A stretch of DNA of 63,994 nucleotides, the filler included, from Basidioascus undulatus (lineage: Eukaryota), in NCBI GenBank assembly GCA_000826855.1. It is 3 parts of 3 records of this genome, joined end to end, with 100 filler letters (N's around TTAATTAATTAA, not from the genome) between each part and the next. Parts side by side here need not be neighbours in the genome. Positions count along the whole stretch, not along the records: positions 43,821 to 63,994 come from JTLS01000380.1; 2 more parts are not named here. One strand, given 5' to 3'. Position numbers and translations under genes: made by a program. Within the stretch, counting starts at the first letter, position 1, and every line of letters begins with the position of its first letter. Below, one piece after another: positions 60,576 through 63,994 of the stretch. A model generated the notes under the pieces. It did not search any database, had not been told where the DNA came from, and saw nothing but the letters and a program-made list of their open reading frames with translations.

Positions 60576-62886
60576 GGGGTGAGTGTAACAGGTCAGACGG
60601 GAGACAGGATGGAGCAGATGACAGTCGGATGGCAAGCCGCGGTGGGGATGGCAGACGTAAAGACCGCTCCCCCTTTCAAACTTCGCCCTTTCCTCGCAGA
60701 CCTGAATAGTTCCTTGAGAATGAACCATGAAGCTCTTACAGGATCAATGAACCGTACACAGCGCATAATACCCAGTTGATTAATGAGGAGCGCTGACAAC
60801 ATTGTGTACAGGACCAGCTGGCTGTTGGACCAAAACAAGTGAGCCATTCCTGCCCAGCAACGATCACGGAGCACGTACCCCAAGGAAATTTTCAGATTCC
60901 CTGCTCTAAGAATGAATACACACAACCACAAGCAGGTGCTGTATACTCAAACTGCCGCCTCCGGTTCCTCTGTTCAGCTTGGTTCAGCTCAACAGTGAGA
61001 TCACTTGTTATCTTTATCGCCTACCTCACGCAGACCGCCGAGACCTTATGTCCTCCTCCGCGCAACAAAATGAGAGTATCCCTCTGGTCGATCTTGATTA
61101 CTGTGCGCATTCGCACCGTTGATGCACCTCCGCCTACTCGTTACTGCCTGCTGTAACTGACGTAACTGCCAATGCACATAAAGCTGGTTTGAAGCAACGC
61201 TCATGGCATTGGAGGACGGGAAGCGTTGGGTCGTTGCAATCCGTGAACCTTGGGCTGTGGAGTTCAGGGACGCCTGCCTAGAAGACACGATGCTCGAAGC
61301 GGAGGTCGCGCAACTAAGAGACAAATTGCGCGCTTGTGAGAAGCGTAGGGCTGAAGTAAGGCAGGGGAAAAGGGATATGTAGAGGAGGTATAGGAACACA
61401 TGTGGTGGTTCAGTGAGTGAGTCCCTGCTGTGTGCTTACATGAGCCAACCTCAGCATGTTGACATGGTGGGAAGACGTCAGACCTCGAGGAGCGCCGCCA
61501 ATGCTTGGTTCAGCGACCAAGCTCAGCAGCGGGGTGTCACTCGGAAACAGGCATTCAAAGAGGCCGTAGGCTCCCTATATGGATGCAAGTAGATAGTTAT
61601 GTATTGCACCATGATTTCACCACTATCCGGTAGTTCACTATCCCATGTCACCAGGATCGACATAGACAGGGCTGGGGCTAATACTCCCTCGCAAGCAGAG
61701 TCGCCTATCCCAATTTTGACCAAAGGAAAGCCTATCGAAACCTGTGGAACCGTATACAAATAATCAAGTCCAACCAGAACGAACACCAGAGGCGAGTTGA
61801 AAGCGACGTAGTGGGAAGGGTCGATGATCATGAAGACCTGTACCTTACGCCGACTTGTTTTTCAGGCGCTTAACACTGCCACGCTCTACCATTACGGTAT
61901 TCTCGTGTTGGTCTTGTAACGGACTCCGTATGGGGAGCTGCCAGTGCCGCGGGCGGCACGTTTGCACCCCTAAGCTCGACCGCACGCCCGTCGCTGTAGC
62001 TGGAGAACGCAACTCCCGTTCCACTTATTTACCTGACTATTGGAAGGTAGCGCGGCAACGCATGTGCCTCTTCTGCAGCACAGGCGAGCACCTGCAGGCT
62101 GCAGGCTGCACCTGCCTGTGTCGTCGTGCTCTGGGCGCTCTACAAAGCATGTCAGGGGAACGAGCATGCTGAATTTCACTTAGAGGTGATCCATTAACTC
62201 AGCCTTTGGAGCTCTGGATGTCAATGAAGAATGCTACACACACAACACACCCACGTTCATTGAACTGCTCCAGCGAGTGCCTTGATGTCGATCTCCTGGC
62301 AATGGGGGCCCCGAGACAATACATCTGTAAAGAACTCCATCCAGCTGCTGATTACACCCCGCAGTTGGCCCACGTCCGAATCAGCCGCCACACGTCCCAC
62401 ATCGCATCGCAACCAACGAGTCGTCCTGTCTTCACTGGTGCCGGCCACTACCAACTGGCACCGAGACAGCTGGTGCCCAGTGGCCTGACTCGCCAAGATA
62501 CAATGCAGCAGGTCAAGCTCCCATAAAACGCAAAAGGAAAGCCGAAGCTTTCGTCTCGCCTGGGACGCTTCGAGTCAGATCGGCGAGCAAGCCTCATAGA
62601 GCAGGGATGGGGCCGTGGAGGGAGCCCGTGGACTGCGACGATTCAGTTCCAGGACGGACCTGGAATGGCTGGTAATGCCTGACGACCAACGAATCGTATC
62701 GAGCCGCCCGACCGGCTCGGATGTCTCAGCCCATCCATCTGTTGCGAATGTGCGGCTTTCTCCCCCTGTTCACGCATGCGCTGGACCATCCATCGCCCGT
62801 GCAGCCAGGATGAGCGCGTCCCATGCTGCAGTGCTGCGGGAGCACCAAGTCAAGAATATGCGCTCAAACGCTCTGGATCTAGGGTA

Positions 62887-63994
62887 TCACTCTTCCATCT
62901 CCTCCCTCCCCGCGCCCCTCTCTCCAGAGCGCTTCTTCTTCTTCCTCCTTTTCCCCTCCTCCGCCCTCTCACGCTCCTCGTCCGAGTCCACGTCCTACCG
63001 CCCGTTCTTGATCAGCTTAAGAAGGTGGGGGATATGAAGAACAGACGAACCATTTCCTCCGCCCCCCTCCTCCGCTGCTCGGATGAGGAGGCCGAGCCCA
63101 AGTCCCACACCGCGATCTTGGAGTCTTCGCCGCAGGTGACGATTGCGTTGATCTGCCCCATCCCGCACTTGTCAGCTCCCACGCCCAAACCCGAAGGCGC
63201 AACCAGAACCGAAGAAGCGGCGAGCGGGGAGGGAAAAGGTGGAAGACACACGCTCGCGTCCCACACCGCGCACCGCACCACTTCGCTATGCGCGCCCCTA
63301 AACGTCCGCTCGAGCGTCCAGCGCGCGCGCTCGTCGCGCAGGCGGGTGATGGCTGCGAGGTCGCCCCTGTGTGGGAGGGCGAGGTCATCAGCCATCTTCC
63401 TTCTCGTCCGAAAAACGGGAGGAGGCGGGAAAGAGAGAGGCAAGAGGAAGGGAAGGAGGGAGAGAAAGAGGGAGGGAAGGGGGAATGAGGGAGTAAAGGG
63501 GGAGGGAAAGAGGGAGGGGAGAAGGGAATAGGGGAATAGGGGAATAGGGCAGGAAGGCAGGGGGAACAGGGAAGGGAAGGACGGAGCAGGGAAAACGAGG
63601 AGGGGCGGAGGAAGAAAGAGGTAGAGGAGGTGGGGTAGGGGAAGTGGGGACGCTGGGAACGGAAGCGGGAACAGGAAGAGGCAGTGGGGAAGAGGAGGAT
63701 GAAAGGAAACGTACTCGGGCGTCCCCCCAAACAGCGTGAGTTCCCCGCGCACATCCTGCACGCTTGACACGTAGTCCGTCCGCCACGCCGTGTCCCCCTC
63801 CCCCTCGATCTCGGCCCGGCGGACGTCCCCGAAGTCGGTGGTTATGGCGATCTACTCCCATCCACAGCATCAGCTTTCTCCTCCCCACATTCCTCATAGG
63901 CCGAGCAGGAAAGGATGGAAAAGAAAGAGGAAGTGAGAAACCCACCCCCTCTTCATCCACCTCAAACAACCCAAACGTCTGCATATCACTCCTT
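62887..63994 (-). CDS. WD40 repeat protein (WDR89-like), 5' part outside window
   Basis: SDMQTFGLF...|DFGDVRR...WRTDYV...|GDLAAI...GAHSEVVRCAVWD|INAIVTCGEDSKIAVWDL, basic tail KRRKKKKR, TGA 62887. Confidence 0.8.
63410..63710. repeat. Polypurine/polypyrimidine low-complexity tract inside a 348-nt intron
   Basis: Almost pure G/A on the + strand, including tandem ggg(g)aata units around 63523-63549. Confidence 0.85.

Noticed and set aside
60800..62530. Short coding-like fragments (coiled-coil-like ~61190-61380; 102-aa minus ORF 61523-61831)
   Set aside because: No recognisable domain or complete gene structure; probably decayed remnants.
63012..63770. Long Pro/Leu/Phe/Ser-rich minus-strand ORFs
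   Set aside because: Read-through of a pyrimidine-rich intron of the WD40 gene.

Overview
Eukaryotic, GC-rich, intron-dense fungal DNA (basidiomycete-type gene structure: many 50-80 nt GT-AG introns with CTRAC-like branch points, micro-exons), not prokaryotic, so the supplied ORF track is mostly exon fragments and antisense shadows. The window is three unrelated contigs joined by artificial 100-nt N/TTAATTAATTAA spacers (21820-21919, 43721-43820). Contig 1: a damaged proline-rich repeat gene, a low-complexity gene, Utp8/NOL11-like, an NTF2-like pseudogene, KEX1, a CYSTM gene, RIB1 and TIP41. Contig 2: housekeeping genes ELP3, RPT1, VMA1 (no intein), MIP1/POLG, a membrane-anchored glutaredoxin and ATG15, then decayed AT-richer DNA. 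Contig 3 is accessory-like: a secreted Cys-rich protein, an MFS transporter, two GH128 pseudogenes, two LINE RT fragments that look like halves of one element split by a ~10.8 kb inversion, a PQ-loop gene, tRNA-Cys(GCA), an F-box pseudogene and WDR89-like. The most novel item is an intronless divergent pair inside the putative inversion: an intact tandem double P-loop (nucleotide-kinase-like) gene facing a decayed nucleotidyltransferase + APH-type phosphotransferase fusion, a candidate horizontally acquired nucleotide/small-molecule modification module. Gene models were spliced by eye, so boundaries are approximate.
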